The notes below the pieces were generated by a model, which saw only the letters and a list, made by a program, of their open reading frames with translations, was not told the DNA's origin and did not search any database. 64,000 nt of DNA, taken from the NCBI GenBank assembly GCA_965223405.1, contig CBDCWO010000006.1, positions 2,904,364 through 2,968,363 on the forward strand, written 5' to 3'. This DNA is from Saprospiraceae bacterium. Its GTDB lineage: Bacteria > Bacteroidota > Bacteroidia > Chitinophagales > Saprospiraceae. The position numbers were made by a program, and so were the translations under genes. Each line of letters opens with the position of its first letter. Position 1 is the stretch's first letter. This document shows positions 8,276-20,251 of the stretch, in pieces.

Positions 8276-10468
8276 TTAATATTCCAACAACTCCATTTCG
8301 ACTTCTTTGCGATCCAGGTCGGCTTCTACGATTTTTACTTTCACCATATCACCAAAAGAAAAAGCGTGACCGGAATGGTTGCTCATTGCCCGGAAGCGGT
8401 TTTCTGACACGGTATAGGACTCTCCCATCGTATTAAAAGGTACTAATCCTTCACACTTGCTATCCTTCAATTCAACAAAAATTCCCTTGTCAATAATACC
8501 CGAAACATATCCGACAAAAGTTTGTCCTATGTACTTTTGCATAAATTCTACTTGCTTGAATTTGACGGATTCCCTTTCGGATTCGATGGCTTTTCGTTCC
8601 TGTAAGGAGATGTGGGTACATTTTTCTTCCAGTAGTCTACCATTCACTCGGTGCAGACTTTTGAGATTTTTTTCGAGGATGCGGTGAGCAAGTACATCAG
8701 AATACCTCCGTATGGGTGAAGTAAAATGGGTATAATTGGCAAAGCCCAAACCAAAATGACCGATGTTGTCGGTAGAATATGCCGCTTTGGCCATGGTGCG
8801 AATGGCTAGTGGCCCTAAAGCTCGGAGCGCTGGGTCTTTGGCCACCGCATACTGTATGCTATTCAGCGATTCTGCAATTTTTCTTGGCGTATCAATCTGC
8901 ATGGTAATTCCCAGCTCTTTAGCAAACAAGCTGAATTCTCTGATTTTCTCCACATCAGGTAGATCATGAATCCGGTAGATAAAAGGAATTTCTTGTTCCT
9001 GTCCTTTGCGGGAAATAAAAATAGCTACTTCCTTATTGGCCAATAGCATAAAATCTTCAATCAATAGATGGGCATCCTTTCTTTCTTTTACCTGGATGCT
9101 TACGGGTTCATTATTCTCATTGAGTACAAATTGTACTTCACTGGATTCAAATTGAATTCCACCACCCTTCAGATTTTCATTGCGTAGTTTCTTGGCAATG
9201 GCGTTCAATTTGCGTAATTCTTTGGCAAATGGTCCGGAACCTGTCTCGATGCACTCTTGTGCCGCTTCATAAGTAAAGCGATGATCGGAGTGAATAATAC
9301 CCTTGCCAAACCATCTGTTGACTAAGCGCCAGTTCCGATCAAAGGTAAATAAAGCAGAAAAAACCAATTTGTCTTCATTAGGCTTTAAAGAGCATAAATC
9401 ATTGGATAATTTTTCCGGCAACATAGGTAACACCCGGTCTACCAGGTATACTGAGGTCGAGCGCTTATATGCTTCCCGGTCAAGCTGGGAGTCTGGTTTT
9501 ACAAAATGGGTTACATCCGCTATGTGGATTCCAATTTCCAGGAATCCATTTTTGAGTACTTTATAGGATAGGGCATCGTCAAAATCTTTGGCCGTTTTAG
9601 GATCGATGGTAAAGGTTAATTCCTGGCGAAAATCTCGGCGATAATTTATTTCAGTTTCCCAATCTATTTTTAACCGATCAGCTTCCAGGTTTGCCGCTTT
9701 GGGAAACCGTAAAGGAAATCCATGATTAATCAAGATAGATTGCATGGCATAATCATTATAATCGGTACCTTCCAGTGTAGTCACAAATTCACCTAATACC
9801 AGATTTTTACCATAGTTCCAATCCAGGATTTCCACAATTATTTTATGATCAGGGTCCACATGGGCAGGTATTTGTTTAAGTAAAATATCAAAAGGGACCA
9901 TCGGGTTATCAGGGATCACATAGATCTTTTTCCTGGATATAAATGGTGTGCCTATAAATTGGTTTGTGGATCGTTCCAACACTTCGATAACTTCGCCCTT
10001 GGGCTTTCGGCCTCTGATTATTCCATTGATTTTTACCTTTACTAAATCACCATGCAATGCGGAATTTAGAGATCGTACATTCACATAAATATCGTCGGGT
10101 AAGTCGGTATCCGTAATGTATGCCGCGCCACTTTGAGTTTGATCTACATAACCGGTAAAAAGTTCGTCATGATTGGAGTTTTCTTGATTTCCAAAAATAT
10201 AGCGACTGTTGATTTTTCGGATGGCGCCTTCTTTTAAAAGTTTTTCCAGTATTTCAGATATCTCCCGTTTACTTATATGTATTCTGGATCTTTTTTGTAT
10301 TTGTTTGAGTGTAAATTGTTTCCCCGGATTCTTCCTGAACATATGGAACACCGCACTCTTTGCCGGCGTACGCTTATAACGATTTGTTTTGTTGTTTTTC
10401 TTTTTCTTCAAAATATGAATATTTGGATTTAGTTGTAAATAAATTATTGTGGGATAGAGATATCTCAA
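8276..10468 (-). CDS. rnr: Ribonuclease R (RNB exoribonuclease with C-terminal S1 domain)
   Basis: It has the RNB block TIDPKTAKDFDDALS, FTSPIRRYSDVLAHR, and the S1 domain GQTFVGYVSGIIDKGIFVEL. The true start is probably internal (TTG at about 10411 before the KKKKNNK basic tail, or ATG at 10342). Confidence 0.9.
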   Translation of the reverse strand: MRYLYPTIIYLQLNPNIHILKKKKNNKTNRYKRTPAKSAVFHMFRKNPGKQFTLKQIQKRSRIHISKREISEILEKLLKEGAIRKINSRYIFGNQENSNHDELFTGYVDQTQSGAAYITDTDLPDDIYVNVRSLNSALHGDLVKVKINGIIRGRKPKGEVIEVLERSTNQFIGTPFISRKKIYVIPDNPMVPFDILLKQIPAHVDPDHKIIVEILDWNYGKNLVLGEFVTTLEGTDYNDYAMQSILINHGFPLRFPKAANLEADRLKIDWETEINYRRDFRQELTFTIDPKTAKDFDDALSYKVLKNGFLEIGIHIADVTHFVKPDSQLDREAYKRSTSVYLVDRVLPMLPEKLSNDLCSLKPNEDKLVFSALFTFDRNWRLVNRWFGKGIIHSDHRFTYEAAQECIETGSGPFAKELRKLNAIAKKLRNENLKGGGIQFESSEVQFVLNENNEPVSIQVKERKDAHLLIEDFMLLANKEVAIFISRKGQEQEIPFIYRIHDLPDVEKIREFSLFAKELGITMQIDTPRKIAESLNSIQYAVAKDPALRALGPLAIRTMAKAAYSTDNIGHFGLGFANYTHFTSPIRRYSDVLAHRILEKNLKSLHRVNGRLLEEKCTHISLQERKAIESERESVKFKQVEFMQKYIGQTFVGYVSGIIDKGIFVELKDSKCEGLVPFNTMGESYTVSENRFRAMSNHSGHAFSFGDMVKVKIVEADLDRKEVEMELLEY

Positions 10469-10477
10469 CCGGTCCGA

Positions 10478-10987
10478 TCAGGACATGTCGCGAGGAGTGT
10501 AGATAGTACCATCTGCTAAAATTTCTCGATAACTACTCTGACTGGTATGTGCATCGAATTCCGCAAGATCGTTTTGGATACCGGTCATAGTATGAATTAC
10601 CCAGTCCGGATCGATCATCGCTACCTGAACTTTAAGCACAGATCCCTCACAGGATGTACTGGCAATTATTTCCCGATGGATAAAATCCCCTTTTTCCGTA
10701 TAAGTGAGCAGATGATATTGATAGTTTAACATAGATGCTTTCCAAATGATGATCGCCGCAAACTTGCCTGTATCTTTTAATCTGAAGCAGGGGACATACT
10801 CGGTGTACTCATCTTCCATATCCATCCATTCACTGATATATTGACTCACCATTCCCTGGGGTAAAGGATCATTTTGTTGGCTAAAATCATGATGAGTGTC
10901 CTCTCCCAAGGTAACCGGAAGATCAATAATTGGAAATTTGCTTAGAAATTGTTGAAATGTATATTTCTGTTGTTTTTTGATATTCAT
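10478..10987 (-). CDS. Hypothetical protein
   Basis: 169-aa ORF in the same orientation as rnr and 10 bp upstream of it. No motif recognised. Confidence 0.5.
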   Translation of the reverse strand: MNIKKQQKYTFQQFLSKFPIIDLPVTLGEDTHHDFSQQNDPLPQGMVSQYISEWMDMEDEYTEYVPCFRLKDTGKFAAIIIWKASMLNYQYHLLTYTEKGDFIHREIIASTSCEGSVLKVQVAMIDPDWVIHTMTGIQNDLAEFDAHTSQSSYREILADGTIYTPRDMS

Positions 10988-11220
10988 TCAGGTTGCAAAG
11001 GTAATACTTATTCAATTCAAAAAAACAAAACATAGATAAACTCGTCACAAAATAATGGTTTACATGGCCTATCCTGGACCTGGAGATTGTGAATCTGGAT
11101 AGTCTTTTTTAGAATTATTCTAAATAACTATCTTGACGATTCTATTCTTTGAGTAAGCAGGTATAATTAATAGTTTTGGGGCTTATTGCGAGACATGAAT
11201 CAATCAACAAATAGTAATAT

Positions 11221-11907
11221 ATGGGCTGGGTAAGCGACTTTTTTACTTCCTCGCTTGGAAGGAAGCTGGTAATGAGTCTGACAGGCTTATTTTTGATTTT
11301 ATTTTTAGTAATTCATTTAGTCGGAAATCTACAATTATTGAAGACCGATGGAGGTGAGGCTTTTAATATCTACACTGCTTTTATGAGCAAGAATCCCCTC
11401 ATCCAATTGGTTTCCAAAGGACTTTATCTTTTTATATTGATCCATACATTTTTGGGAATAAATCTATGGTGGAAAAACCGCAAAGCCAAAGGTCGAAGGT
11501 ATTTGGTCAGGACCAGTGCGAATGCTTCATTTGCTTCGAAAAACATGGCCCTTTTGGGTATTTTGATTTTTGCATTTATATTAATCCATATGGGTGATTT
11601 TTGGTTTAAAATAAAATTTACCCCGGATATATTTGCGATGATGGAATACGAGGGTATGGATTATGCTGTAAAAAATGCCTATCAACAAGTAGTAATTACA
11701 TTTGAGAAACCCATTTTTGTAATCACCTATGTAATAGGAATGATCGTATTGGCATTTCATCTCTGGCATGGATTCCAAAGTGCTTTTCAAACTCTGGGAT
11801 TAAATCATTCCAAATACACCCCCGCCATTGAATGGATAGGCAAGGCATTTTCAATACTTGTACCTGCCTTATTTGCTTTAATTCCTATTTATATGTATTT
11901 AGCTTAA
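11221..11907 (+). CDS. sdhC: Succinate dehydrogenase/fumarate reductase cytochrome b subunit (b558 type)
   Basis: 228-aa polytopic membrane protein with conserved His residues, ending 2 bp before the flavoprotein subunit gene. Confidence 0.8.
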   Translation: MGWVSDFFTSSLGRKLVMSLTGLFLILFLVIHLVGNLQLLKTDGGEAFNIYTAFMSKNPLIQLVSKGLYLFILIHTFLGINLWWKNRKAKGRRYLVRTSANASFASKNMALLGILIFAFILIHMGDFWFKIKFTPDIFAMMEYEGMDYAVKNAYQQVVITFEKPIFVITYVIGMIVLAFHLWHGFQSAFQTLGLNHSKYTPAIEWIGKAFSILVPALFALIPIYMYLA

Positions 11908-11908
11908 T

Positions 11909-13912
11909 ATGAAGACAATGAAACTGGATGCCAAAATACCAAGTGGAGAATTAGCGGAAAAATGGACCCAATACCGGTCTACCATGAATCTGGTTGCTCC
12001 CAACAACAAACGAAGGATAGAAATAATCGTAGTTGGAACCGGCCTGGCTGGAGCTTCAGCGGCCGCCTCATTGGGAGAACTTGGATACCAGGTAAAGTGT
12101 TTTACCTTCCATGACAGTCCCCGCCGCGCACATAGCATCGCTGCCCAGGGTGGTATCAATGCTGCCAAAAATTATCAAAATGATGGTGACAGCATTTATC
12201 GATTGTTTTATGACACTATCAAAGGAGGGGATTACCGTTCCCGCGAGGCTAATGTACATCGCCTGGCTGAAGTAAGTGTCGATATCATTGATCAATGTGT
12301 TGCTCAGGGAGTCCCCTTTGCCCGCGAATATGGAGGGTTGCTTGAAAACAGGTCTTTTGGGGGAGTTCAGGTTTCCAGGACCTTTTATGCCCGCGGTCAG
12401 ACAGGACAACAGTTATTGATAGGAGCATATCAGGCATTGGCACGTCAGGTAGCCAGTGGAAGTGTCCAATTGTACCACCGCCATGAAATGTTGGACTTGG
12501 TTGTAGTAGAAGATAAAGCCAGAGGGATTATTACCCGCAACCTGATTACCGGTGAAATTGAGCGCCATGCAGCTCATTGTGTGGTATTGGCAACCGGAGG
12601 ATATGGGAATGTCTTTTATTTATCTACCAATGCCATGGGCTGCAATGTAACCGCTGCCTGGCAAGCTGTGAAAAGAGGAGCTTTGATGTCTCACCCTTGC
12701 TTTACTCAAATCCATCCAACCTGTATTCCTGTTTCCGGTAGTTATCAGTCTAAACTGACCTTGATGTCTGAGTCACTCAGAAACGACGGGCGGGTATGGG
12801 TTCCCAAAAACTTAGAGGATGTAAAGGCCATTCGGGAAGAAACTAAATCTCCCAATGATATTCCTGAAGAAGACCGGGATTACTATCTGGAAAGAAGATA
12901 TCCGGCCTTCGGCAATCTGGTGCCCAGAGATGTAGCCTCGCGAGCAGCAAAAATGGTATGTGACGATGGATTCGGAGTAAATAAAAGCGGATTGGCGGTT
13001 TATCTGGATTTTGCCGATGCTATTGTGCGCTATGGCAAATCCAGAGCACAATCTCTGGGTATAAAAAATCCGGATGCAAAAACCATTAAGAAATATGGAG
13101 ATGAAGTAATTGCTGAAAAATATGGAAACCTATTCCAAATGTATGAAAAGATTACCGGTGTAGATCCATATAATAATCCAATGATGATTTATCCTGCAGT
13201 TCACTACACCATGGGAGGATTGTGGGTAGATTATAATTTGGAAACCAACATCCCCGGACTGTTTGCTTTGGGTGAATGCAATTTTAGTGATCACGGAGCC
13301 AATCGTCTTGGAGCCTCTGCTTTGATGCAAGGTCTTGCAGACGGATACTTTGTGATCCCGTATACGATAGGACAGTTTTTGTCCGGAGAAATAAGGACAC
13401 CGGCTATTAGCGCCGACTTGCCGGAATTTAAAGCTGCTGAGGAAAGTATCCGCAATAAAATCGAGCGGCTTATGAATATTGGCGGCAACCGGTCAGTAGA
13501 AAGTTTCCATCGCGAATTGGGATTGATCATGTGGAACCACTGTGGGATGTCCCGATCTGCTGAAGGCTTAAGGGAAGGTCGAGAGAAGATCCGAGCCCTT
13601 AGAGAAGAATTTTGGAAAGATGCATTTGTTCCGGGTTCTGCTAATGAATTCAATCCCGAACTTGAAAAAGCTTCCCGAGTAGCAGATTTTCTGGAACTGG
13701 GAGAAATGATGATTTTAGATGCCTTGGATCGCAATGAATCGTGCGGTGGTCATTTCCGTGAAGAATACCAAACTCCGGAGGGAGAAGCGATGCGGGATGA
13801 TAAAAATTATGCTTACGTTTCGGCTTGGGAATGGGACGAAAATGAACCTGTGATGCACAAAGAACCCTTGCACTTTGAAAATGTAGAATTAAAAACCAGA
13901 AGTTATAAATAA
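11909..13912 (+). CDS. sdhA: Succinate dehydrogenase/fumarate reductase flavoprotein subunit
   Basis: 667 aa with the FAD dinucleotide fold [15 protein letters not shown], the HPTCIP covalent-FAD His region, and the [11 protein letters not shown]-terminal motif. Confidence 0.95.
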   Translation: MKTMKLDAKIPSGELAEKWTQYRSTMNLVAPNNKRRIEIIVVGTGLAGASAAASLGELGYQVKCFTFHDSPRRAHSIAAQGGINAAKNYQNDGDSIYRLFYDTIKGGDYRSREANVHRLAEVSVDIIDQCVAQGVPFAREYGGLLENRSFGGVQVSRTFYARGQTGQQLLIGAYQALARQVASGSVQLYHRHEMLDLVVVEDKARGIITRNLITGEIERHAAHCVVLATGGYGNVFYLSTNAMGCNVTAAWQAVKRGALMSHPCFTQIHPTCIPVSGSYQSKLTLMSESLRNDGRVWVPKNLEDVKAIREETKSPNDIPEEDRDYYLERRYPAFGNLVPRDVASRAAKMVCDDGFGVNKSGLAVYLDFADAIVRYGKSRAQSLGIKNPDAKTIKKYGDEVIAEKYGNLFQMYEKITGVDPYNNPMMIYPAVHYTMGGLWVDYNLETNIPGLFALGECNFSDHGANRLGASALMQGLADGYFVIPYTIGQFLSGEIRTPAISADLPEFKAAEESIRNKIERLMNIGGNRSVESFHRELGLIMWNHCGMSRSAEGLREGREKIRALREEFWKDAFVPGSANEFNPELEKASRVADFLELGEMMILDALDRNESCGGHFREEYQTPEGEAMRDDKNYAYVSAWEWDENEPVMHKEPLHFENVELKTRSYK

Positions 13913-13987
13913 ATGAAAGAGAGGATGAAAATCCTAGTTCTGTCGTATGAAGTTTATTCTCTCTGTATTAACAAATTCAATTAGCAG

Positions 13988-14734
13988 ATGAAACTGACAC
14001 TTAAAGTCTGGAGACAAAAGAATGCTCAATCAAAAGGAGGATTTCAATCCTATCAGGTCGAGGCCAATGAACATATGTCATTCCTGGAAATGCTTGACGT
14101 ATTGAATGAATCATTAGTAGCTAAACGGGAGGAACCGGTTGCTTTTGACCACGATTGCAGGGAAGGTATTTGTGGTGCTTGCAGCCTGGTCATCAATGGC
14201 AGACCCCATGGATCATTGCAAGGAACGACTGTATGTCAGTTGCACATGCGCTTCTTTAAAGATGGAGAGACTGTAGTGATAGAACCATTTATTGCCCGTG
14301 GATTTCCAGTCATTAAAGATCTGGTCGTTGACAGAACCGCTTTCGATCGGATCATTCAGGCCGGGGGATTTATCTCTGTCAATACCGGTCAAGCGCCGGA
14401 TGGAAATTCAATCCCGGTAGAAAAGGATATCGCTGAAAAGTCCATGGATGCTGCAGCTTGTATCGGATGTGGAGCCTGTGTTGCCGCATGCCCCAATGGT
14501 TCGGCGATGTTATTTACCAGCGCCAAAGTGGCTCACTTAGGTCTGTTACCTCAAGGAGAGGTTGAAAAACAACGCCGGGTACAATCCATGGTAAAACAAA
14601 TGGATAAAGAGGGATTTGGAATGTGCTCGAATATCAAAGCGTGTGAAGTGGAATGTCCCAAAGAAATCAGCGTGGAAAACATTGCCAGAATGAACCGCGA
14701 CTATTATAGTTCGATGGTTTCATCGGATAAATAA
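13988..14734 (+). CDS. sdhB: Succinate dehydrogenase/fumarate reductase iron-sulfur subunit
   Basis: 248 aa with three Cys clusters: [22 protein letters not shown] and [12 protein letters not shown]. Confidence 0.95.
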   Translation: MKLTLKVWRQKNAQSKGGFQSYQVEANEHMSFLEMLDVLNESLVAKREEPVAFDHDCREGICGACSLVINGRPHGSLQGTTVCQLHMRFFKDGETVVIEPFIARGFPVIKDLVVDRTAFDRIIQAGGFISVNTGQAPDGNSIPVEKDIAEKSMDAAACIGCGACVAACPNGSAMLFTSAKVAHLGLLPQGEVEKQRRVQSMVKQMDKEGFGMCSNIKACEVECPKEISVENIARMNRDYYSSMVSSDK

Positions 14735-14794
14735 AGTGGGTCAGAGTAGCAGATCGAGTTATGGCCGAACTGTTAATTTCACAAATCTAAGATA

Positions 14795-16159
14795 TCAAAA
14801 CATGCTTTCCAACCATTCTTTTTCGGCAATGGAATTCTCAGCGATAAATCTGGATCTTATTTTTTGTTTTTGCACCGGATTGAGATAATCCCATTTGATC
14901 AATTCCTCCAAATAGCGAATAAAATTCAGAAAAGCCTTTTTGTGATATCCTATTCTTTTTTGACGATAGATGTATGCTTTCATCGCCAATAAATGATATT
15001 CCAATAAAGACCAATCCTTGCTTTCAAAATATATTTTAGCTAGTAATGATTTACTAACCAAATTAAAAAGTAGGCTCTTGAAATGAATATTTAGTAATTG
15101 TGCAGATGCTCGCTCATATTCTCGGGTCACATAATAAATCCTGGCAAGACTCAGTTTGTACAACTCTTCTCTCTGATCCGGTGCTAGATGTGGCTTATAC
15201 GTTTCAATGAACTTTTTTGTCCAATTGATTTCTTGATTTTTTATGGCCAGAGCAGTAATATTGGTGTAAGTGAAATTGCTCATCAGATTATTTTCTAATA
15301 ATACACCCATTTCCAATCCCAATTTGTAAAGGTCTAGCGAAATCACTTCATAATCCTTATTTCCTTCATTAAGTTTCTTTATGGAATAGTTATTTACTAC
15401 CATAAATAAGTCCCTTAATTCCGTTTGGGGGAATTGTCTGAAATTCTCCATCATATTCGAAAATACTCGATGAAAATATTTTTCATCCTGGGTGGTTACC
15501 ATATGGTAATAATCATAATAGATCCGGATAGTAGGTAATTCCAATAGATTTTCCTTTTCGATGTATTCGATTACTGATGGCAGTATGCCAAAATCAAATT
15601 GGGTATTAAATACCGAACTATTGGCTAAAAGGGGATAGCTATTTCTCATGATAGCCGAAATAAACGCGAGATTATTGGCAGAAAATTGACGCTGAATGGT
15701 TTCAGGATCGTTGGTCTGTCCCAGTTTATCTCCTAAGATCATTTGTCTCCAATAATGGTCTGCATTGCGATAGGGTAGTTCGCGGTTTTTCTTTTCCAGC
15801 CGGTGATGAATTTGATCGGCGTACTTTTTAAGGCCTTTTTGTTTGTAGATTTCAGCTAGATGAAGTTGATATTCGTATGATTCGGGGGACAGCAACGCAT
15901 TTACCAGATATTGCTCGACTTTTTTTAACAAATCGGATTTTAATAATCGAATCTTAATGTCTTGATAGATTTGTCCTGGATAGAGTCTTTGAAAAATTGT
16001 TTGTTTAAAAACTTCCGAAACAATCCATCCATTTTCTTCCAGCTCATTGAAAAATAATTTTGCTGGACTTTCCTTACCTGATTTATCCAGCATCATGAGT
16101 TTCAGGTTCTCCAATTCACGCAAAGTCAGAGACTTTAACAAATCTTCTAATTTGGCCAT
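14795..16159 (-). CDS. Hypothetical all-helical (TPR-like) protein
   Basis: 454-aa ORF rich in helical repeats. No catalytic motif recognised. Confidence 0.6.
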   Translation of the reverse strand: MAKLEDLLKSLTLRELENLKLMMLDKSGKESPAKLFFNELEENGWIVSEVFKQTIFQRLYPGQIYQDIKIRLLKSDLLKKVEQYLVNALLSPESYEYQLHLAEIYKQKGLKKYADQIHHRLEKKNRELPYRNADHYWRQMILGDKLGQTNDPETIQRQFSANNLAFISAIMRNSYPLLANSSVFNTQFDFGILPSVIEYIEKENLLELPTIRIYYDYYHMVTTQDEKYFHRVFSNMMENFRQFPQTELRDLFMVVNNYSIKKLNEGNKDYEVISLDLYKLGLEMGVLLENNLMSNFTYTNITALAIKNQEINWTKKFIETYKPHLAPDQREELYKLSLARIYYVTREYERASAQLLNIHFKSLLFNLVSKSLLAKIYFESKDWSLLEYHLLAMKAYIYRQKRIGYHKKAFLNFIRYLEELIKWDYLNPVQKQKIRSRFIAENSIAEKEWLESMF

Positions 16160-16319
16160 TTACACATATTTAGCATTTGTAGTCATAAATATTTGATAAT
16201 CAATAAAAATAGCTTAACTACAAATCTAAATCATTTCTACAATTGTTATAATTAATAATTGCGAAATTCAAAAAATAAACCCAATTTTACTTCATCAATG
16301 AAGTTTTCACCATAGTCCA

Positions 16320-18536
16320 ATGAATTTGATCACTACATATAGCCGGAATTTCATCAAAGTCCTGTTTTGGATATTCCTTCTGGGTCTTTCGAAGATCAGC
16401 TTATCTCAGGATGGGTTACTTTCTGTGGAAATTTCAGAATCGACTGACGATGTAACTGCCATAGTATCTCTACAGGCAGAAAGTAAGATATTGGGGATGC
16501 AATTTAGCGTAAATTGGGATCCCGTAGTATTACAATACGCCAATATAGAATTGCTTCAGAATTTTAATCAAAGACCAGAATCTACCGTTGGCATTAGTGC
16601 TCCCAAAGGAGTATTATCCTTTCTGTGGATCGGACCTGTACTAGAAAATGACAATCCGTTCGATTTTACCAATTCCCTTCCTCTTTTTAAACTGACTTTT
16701 AAAAAACGGATTCCGGTTGCTCCTTTTGTATTTGTAAATGACGATCCCACCATCATTGAAATCTTTAACTATGCCGATCAGATTTTAGCCATTCAGACAG
16801 CAACCAATCTGGAAGGAATTGCCATTACCAACGGTAAAGTTTATTGGGATGAAGACGATAATTGCATTAATAACGACGAAACTAATTTGGCCAATAAGAT
16901 TATCGAACTCATCAATCTGGAAAATGGACAAATTCAGAGTAGAATTACCAATGAAAATGGAGAGTTCTGGTTTCCGGTAAGTGATGGAAATTTTGCGATT
17001 ACCGCTATCAACCCACATCAATTGTGGGCACCCTGTGAAGACACCCTTTTCTTTGCTGTAGAGAATCTTTCTGCTCCTTTTATCAACCTGGGATTGAAAC
17101 CGGCAAAGATATGCCCAAAGCTGGTGATCGAAACACAAATCCCGGTACTACGCAGATGTTTTGAAAATGATGCCTACATCCAATATCGCAATATCGGTAC
17201 GGCCCTGGCCGAAAACATTTCTATTCGACTGAAATTAGATCCGCTACTTACCCTAACTCAATGTCCATTTCCCTATGTGGAGGACGGGGATTCGGTTTAC
17301 ATTCAAATACCAGATCTTGGGATCAATCAGGATTCTACATTTCGCATCAAATTATTGGTTGATTGTGACCATTCCTTCTTGGGGCAAACTCATTGTTTTT
17401 CGGCAACCATACATCCTCACGACGCTTGTGGGGAATTTCAAGGAACCTGGGAAGGAAGCCAACTGGCGGTACGCACTAATTGTGAGAATGATTCGGTAAA
17501 ACTTGAGCTTCGCAATATAGGACCCGGTCCGATGAATACCCAAACCCGGTTTATCGTTACTGAGGATATTGTGATATTCCTTAAAGAGGATGTTCAATTG
17601 GATTTTCAGGAAGATTTCCGTCTCGATATTCCGGCTACTGGTAAAACGTACCGCTTGCACGCCGTTCAGGAAACAGGATATCCCGGTCCACAAGATGTAG
17701 TGGCATTTGTGGAAGGATGCGGTCAGGGTAATCCCATCAGTAAAGGGATTCCTACCCAATTTCAAGATTATGACGATGTCACCTATTACGCATTGGAATG
17801 TGTGGAAAATAAAGGATCATTTGATCCCAATGACAAATCAGCTATCCCCAAAGGTCTAGGTGAAAACCATGAAATTGATTCCATCACTAAACTGGAATAT
17901 TTAATCCGGTTTCAAAATATAGGAACAGACACCGCTTTTTCAGTCATCATTTTGGACACACTGGATCCAAATTTGGATACCTACACACTGCAGGTCGGAC
18001 CCAGTTCCCATCAATTCAGCTTCGATGTTAATGAGTCCGGAATATTGAGAATTATTTTCGATCAAATCAATTTGGCAGACAGTAATACCAACGAATTGGA
18101 ATCGCATGGTTTCATCAAAGTTTCCATAAGAGTAAGATCTGATGCAGAGATTGGAACGATTATTAATAACCGCTCTGCCATCTATTTTGATTTCAACGAC
18201 CCAATTCTGACCAACACGGTTCAACATCAAATCGCAGAACCTTTGATAGACATCCGATCATTTATTTCGATTAATAAGACAAACCCTATTCAAGTGGTCA
18301 TTGTCCCAAATCCGGTAGTAAATGACAGTTATTTACGCCTCAAAGGTGATGAGTCGAACGATTGGCAAAACTACAGGTTCGGAATCTATGACATGCAAGG
18401 TAGAATGGTTCAACATTTCCGGGCGGATGGGAGCCACACCAGATATGTACCCTTAAGTGGAATGCGAGGGATTTATTTTATCAAGGTCTATCGCGACCGT
18501 AAAATACAAGGGGTAGGAAAGATGATCATACCCTGA
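16320..18536 (+). CDS. Secreted multi-domain cell-surface protein with a T9SS type-A C-terminal sorting domain
   Basis: 738 aa with a signal peptide, the FDPNDK motif region, and a C-terminal block of about 80 aa, VVIVPNPV...GIYFIKVYRDRKIQGVGKMIIP, typical of Por/T9SS sorting tails. Confidence 0.8.
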   Translation: MNLITTYSRNFIKVLFWIFLLGLSKISLSQDGLLSVEISESTDDVTAIVSLQAESKILGMQFSVNWDPVVLQYANIELLQNFNQRPESTVGISAPKGVLSFLWIGPVLENDNPFDFTNSLPLFKLTFKKRIPVAPFVFVNDDPTIIEIFNYADQILAIQTATNLEGIAITNGKVYWDEDDNCINNDETNLANKIIELINLENGQIQSRITNENGEFWFPVSDGNFAITAINPHQLWAPCEDTLFFAVENLSAPFINLGLKPAKICPKLVIETQIPVLRRCFENDAYIQYRNIGTALAENISIRLKLDPLLTLTQCPFPYVEDGDSVYIQIPDLGINQDSTFRIKLLVDCDHSFLGQTHCFSATIHPHDACGEFQGTWEGSQLAVRTNCENDSVKLELRNIGPGPMNTQTRFIVTEDIVIFLKEDVQLDFQEDFRLDIPATGKTYRLHAVQETGYPGPQDVVAFVEGCGQGNPISKGIPTQFQDYDDVTYYALECVENKGSFDPNDKSAIPKGLGENHEIDSITKLEYLIRFQNIGTDTAFSVIILDTLDPNLDTYTLQVGPSSHQFSFDVNESGILRIIFDQINLADSNTNELESHGFIKVSIRVRSDAEIGTIINNRSAIYFDFNDPILTNTVQHQIAEPLIDIRSFISINKTNPIQVVIVPNPVVNDSYLRLKGDESNDWQNYRFGIYDMQGRMVQHFRADGSHTRYVPLSGMRGIYFIKVYRDRKIQGVGKMIIP

Positions 18537-18600
18537 TTTAGTAAGGTTATTCCGGGTTATCTTTTAGGATAACATTTTTATAAAGAATGCTTCATGGACA

Positions 18601-18640
18601 AAAGCCGCAGCTTAAAGAAGATTGCGGCTTTTGTTATTTT
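18601..18640 (+). terminator. Rho-independent terminator after the T9SS substrate gene
   Basis: aaagccgca-13 nt loop-tgcggcttt stem (8-9 bp) followed by a T-rich tail ttgttatttt. Confidence 0.6.
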
Positions 18641-18699
18641 AAGTCCGAAGTATGAACTAAGGATGATCGAACATCTTACAACCTATCGACATAAAATCT

Positions 18700-19010
18700 T
18701 TCAGCAGCAATACATCACAACTTGATATTTAATCAATTAAGTAAAATACTATGCGACCCCTCCAAAGGTGTCTCCACGGAGTCATGACCTCTTGGACACC
18801 AAATAACAGGGATGCCATTCATGAACCCTTTACCGCATTTATCGCGCAGGAATTTCCTTCGATTTAATCCATTAAATCTTCAGAAAATAGCCTTATTGGT
18901 GAAATTTTCTACGGATTCTCCGCCGGCCAAAGTCTCGTACGGATATTTGTACCAGAGCTTATAGCCCCGGAGGGCGGGCTGGTACTTCGCAATAATTCAG
19001 GTTTAAACCA
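18700..19010 (-). pseudogene. Possible decayed gene remnant
   Basis: No ORF of 60 aa or more occurs in about 650 bp. Minus-strand frames still read protein-like stretches (KLWYKYPYETLAGGESVENFTNKAIF; GFMNGIPVIWCPRGHDSVETPLEGSHS) that are interrupted by stops and frame changes. Confidence 0.3.
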
Positions 19011-19306
19011 ACCCAATGAAGAATAACCTGCTTCCTTGGCCAAAATCTGTGCTAATTTTTACTAATGACGAAAATATAGTAACTTTAATATGGAATTTTG
19101 GTCCTAACTACAATCTCGGATTCTTGTGTATCAGGTACTGAAAAATATAACGCTCAAAATGGAATCCCACCAGTCAAATTATTCTTGCTGTAGAGCCCGT
19201 CGCATAACTCACCATGTTTATGGTCTCTTCTTTGAAAAAACCACATCGCTACGCCCAAAAAGCGCAATTACAATTTTAAACATAATGTAATCCTTAACCA
19301 AATACC

Positions 19307-20164
19307 ATGAAGAAATTAGCCATTCTGATCTTTCTAGTCAATACAATAATAATCTGTGATGCGCAAATTCAAAAAATGGATATTTATAGTGATGGCACCT
19401 TATTAAACGCTTATATATACCAAACTGAGGGTACTGGGCAGCCGACTTTGATATGGTGTCATGGCAATCCGGGAATGAAAGAAAATGGAGAATCAAAATT
19501 TGCGGTGGCATTAAACAAACTTGGAATAAATGTTTTAAGATTTAACTACCGGGGATTATGGGATACTCCGGGGATTTACAAATTAAGCAACTCTATCGAG
19601 GACCTGGCCAATGTTTTAGATCATATCTATAAGCCTGAAATAATTACAAAACATAAGATAGATACTAATCAGATCTTTGTAGGTGGATATAGCTTTGGAA
19701 CTCATGTTGTTTTGGTTTCAGCCCTTGATAATCAAAGGATAAAAAATATTTACTGTCAGGGGATCGCAGATCACAACTATTTTTACTTTACACCCAAATC
19801 CTTGGACCCCAATAATGTGAAGCAGTGGAGAGAATTGCTTCCTTCTGTTAATGAGGTACTCTGGGGATCTGAACCAAAATTTGATGAAATATATAATCCT
19901 TTCAATACGGACATCCTTAAGAACACTTATGAGTTTGACTTTGTATCGAATGCGGAAAAACTTAAAGACAAGAAAATATTTATTGTCGTAGGACTAAATG
20001 ACTTGACCGTTCCCATTGAATTTAATTTTTTACCATTTCACAGAAAACTTGTGAAAATGAACCATGAAAACTACACCTATAAAATATTGGAGTCAGATCA
20101 TTATTTCAGAAATGTCAGTGTAGGTGAAAGAGCTCAATTGATTGCTGATTGGATCAATAACTAA
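19307..20164 (+). CDS. Alpha/beta hydrolase, secreted
   Basis: 285 aa with a signal peptide, an HGNPG oxyanion region, and the nucleophile elbow GGYSFGT (GxSxG). Confidence 0.75.
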   Translation: MKKLAILIFLVNTIIICDAQIQKMDIYSDGTLLNAYIYQTEGTGQPTLIWCHGNPGMKENGESKFAVALNKLGINVLRFNYRGLWDTPGIYKLSNSIEDLANVLDHIYKPEIITKHKIDTNQIFVGGYSFGTHVVLVSALDNQRIKNIYCQGIADHNYFYFTPKSLDPNNVKQWRELLPSVNEVLWGSEPKFDEIYNPFNTDILKNTYEFDFVSNAEKLKDKKIFIVVGLNDLTVPIEFNFLPFHRKLVKMNHENYTYKILESDHYFRNVSVGERAQLIADWINN

Positions 20165-20251
20165 TCCAGTTTGGCTGCGCCGCCAATTTAGGGAGTACCT
20201 CAATTAATTGCTTAACCGACCTTATTTTATGAATCTCATAACCGTATAACG

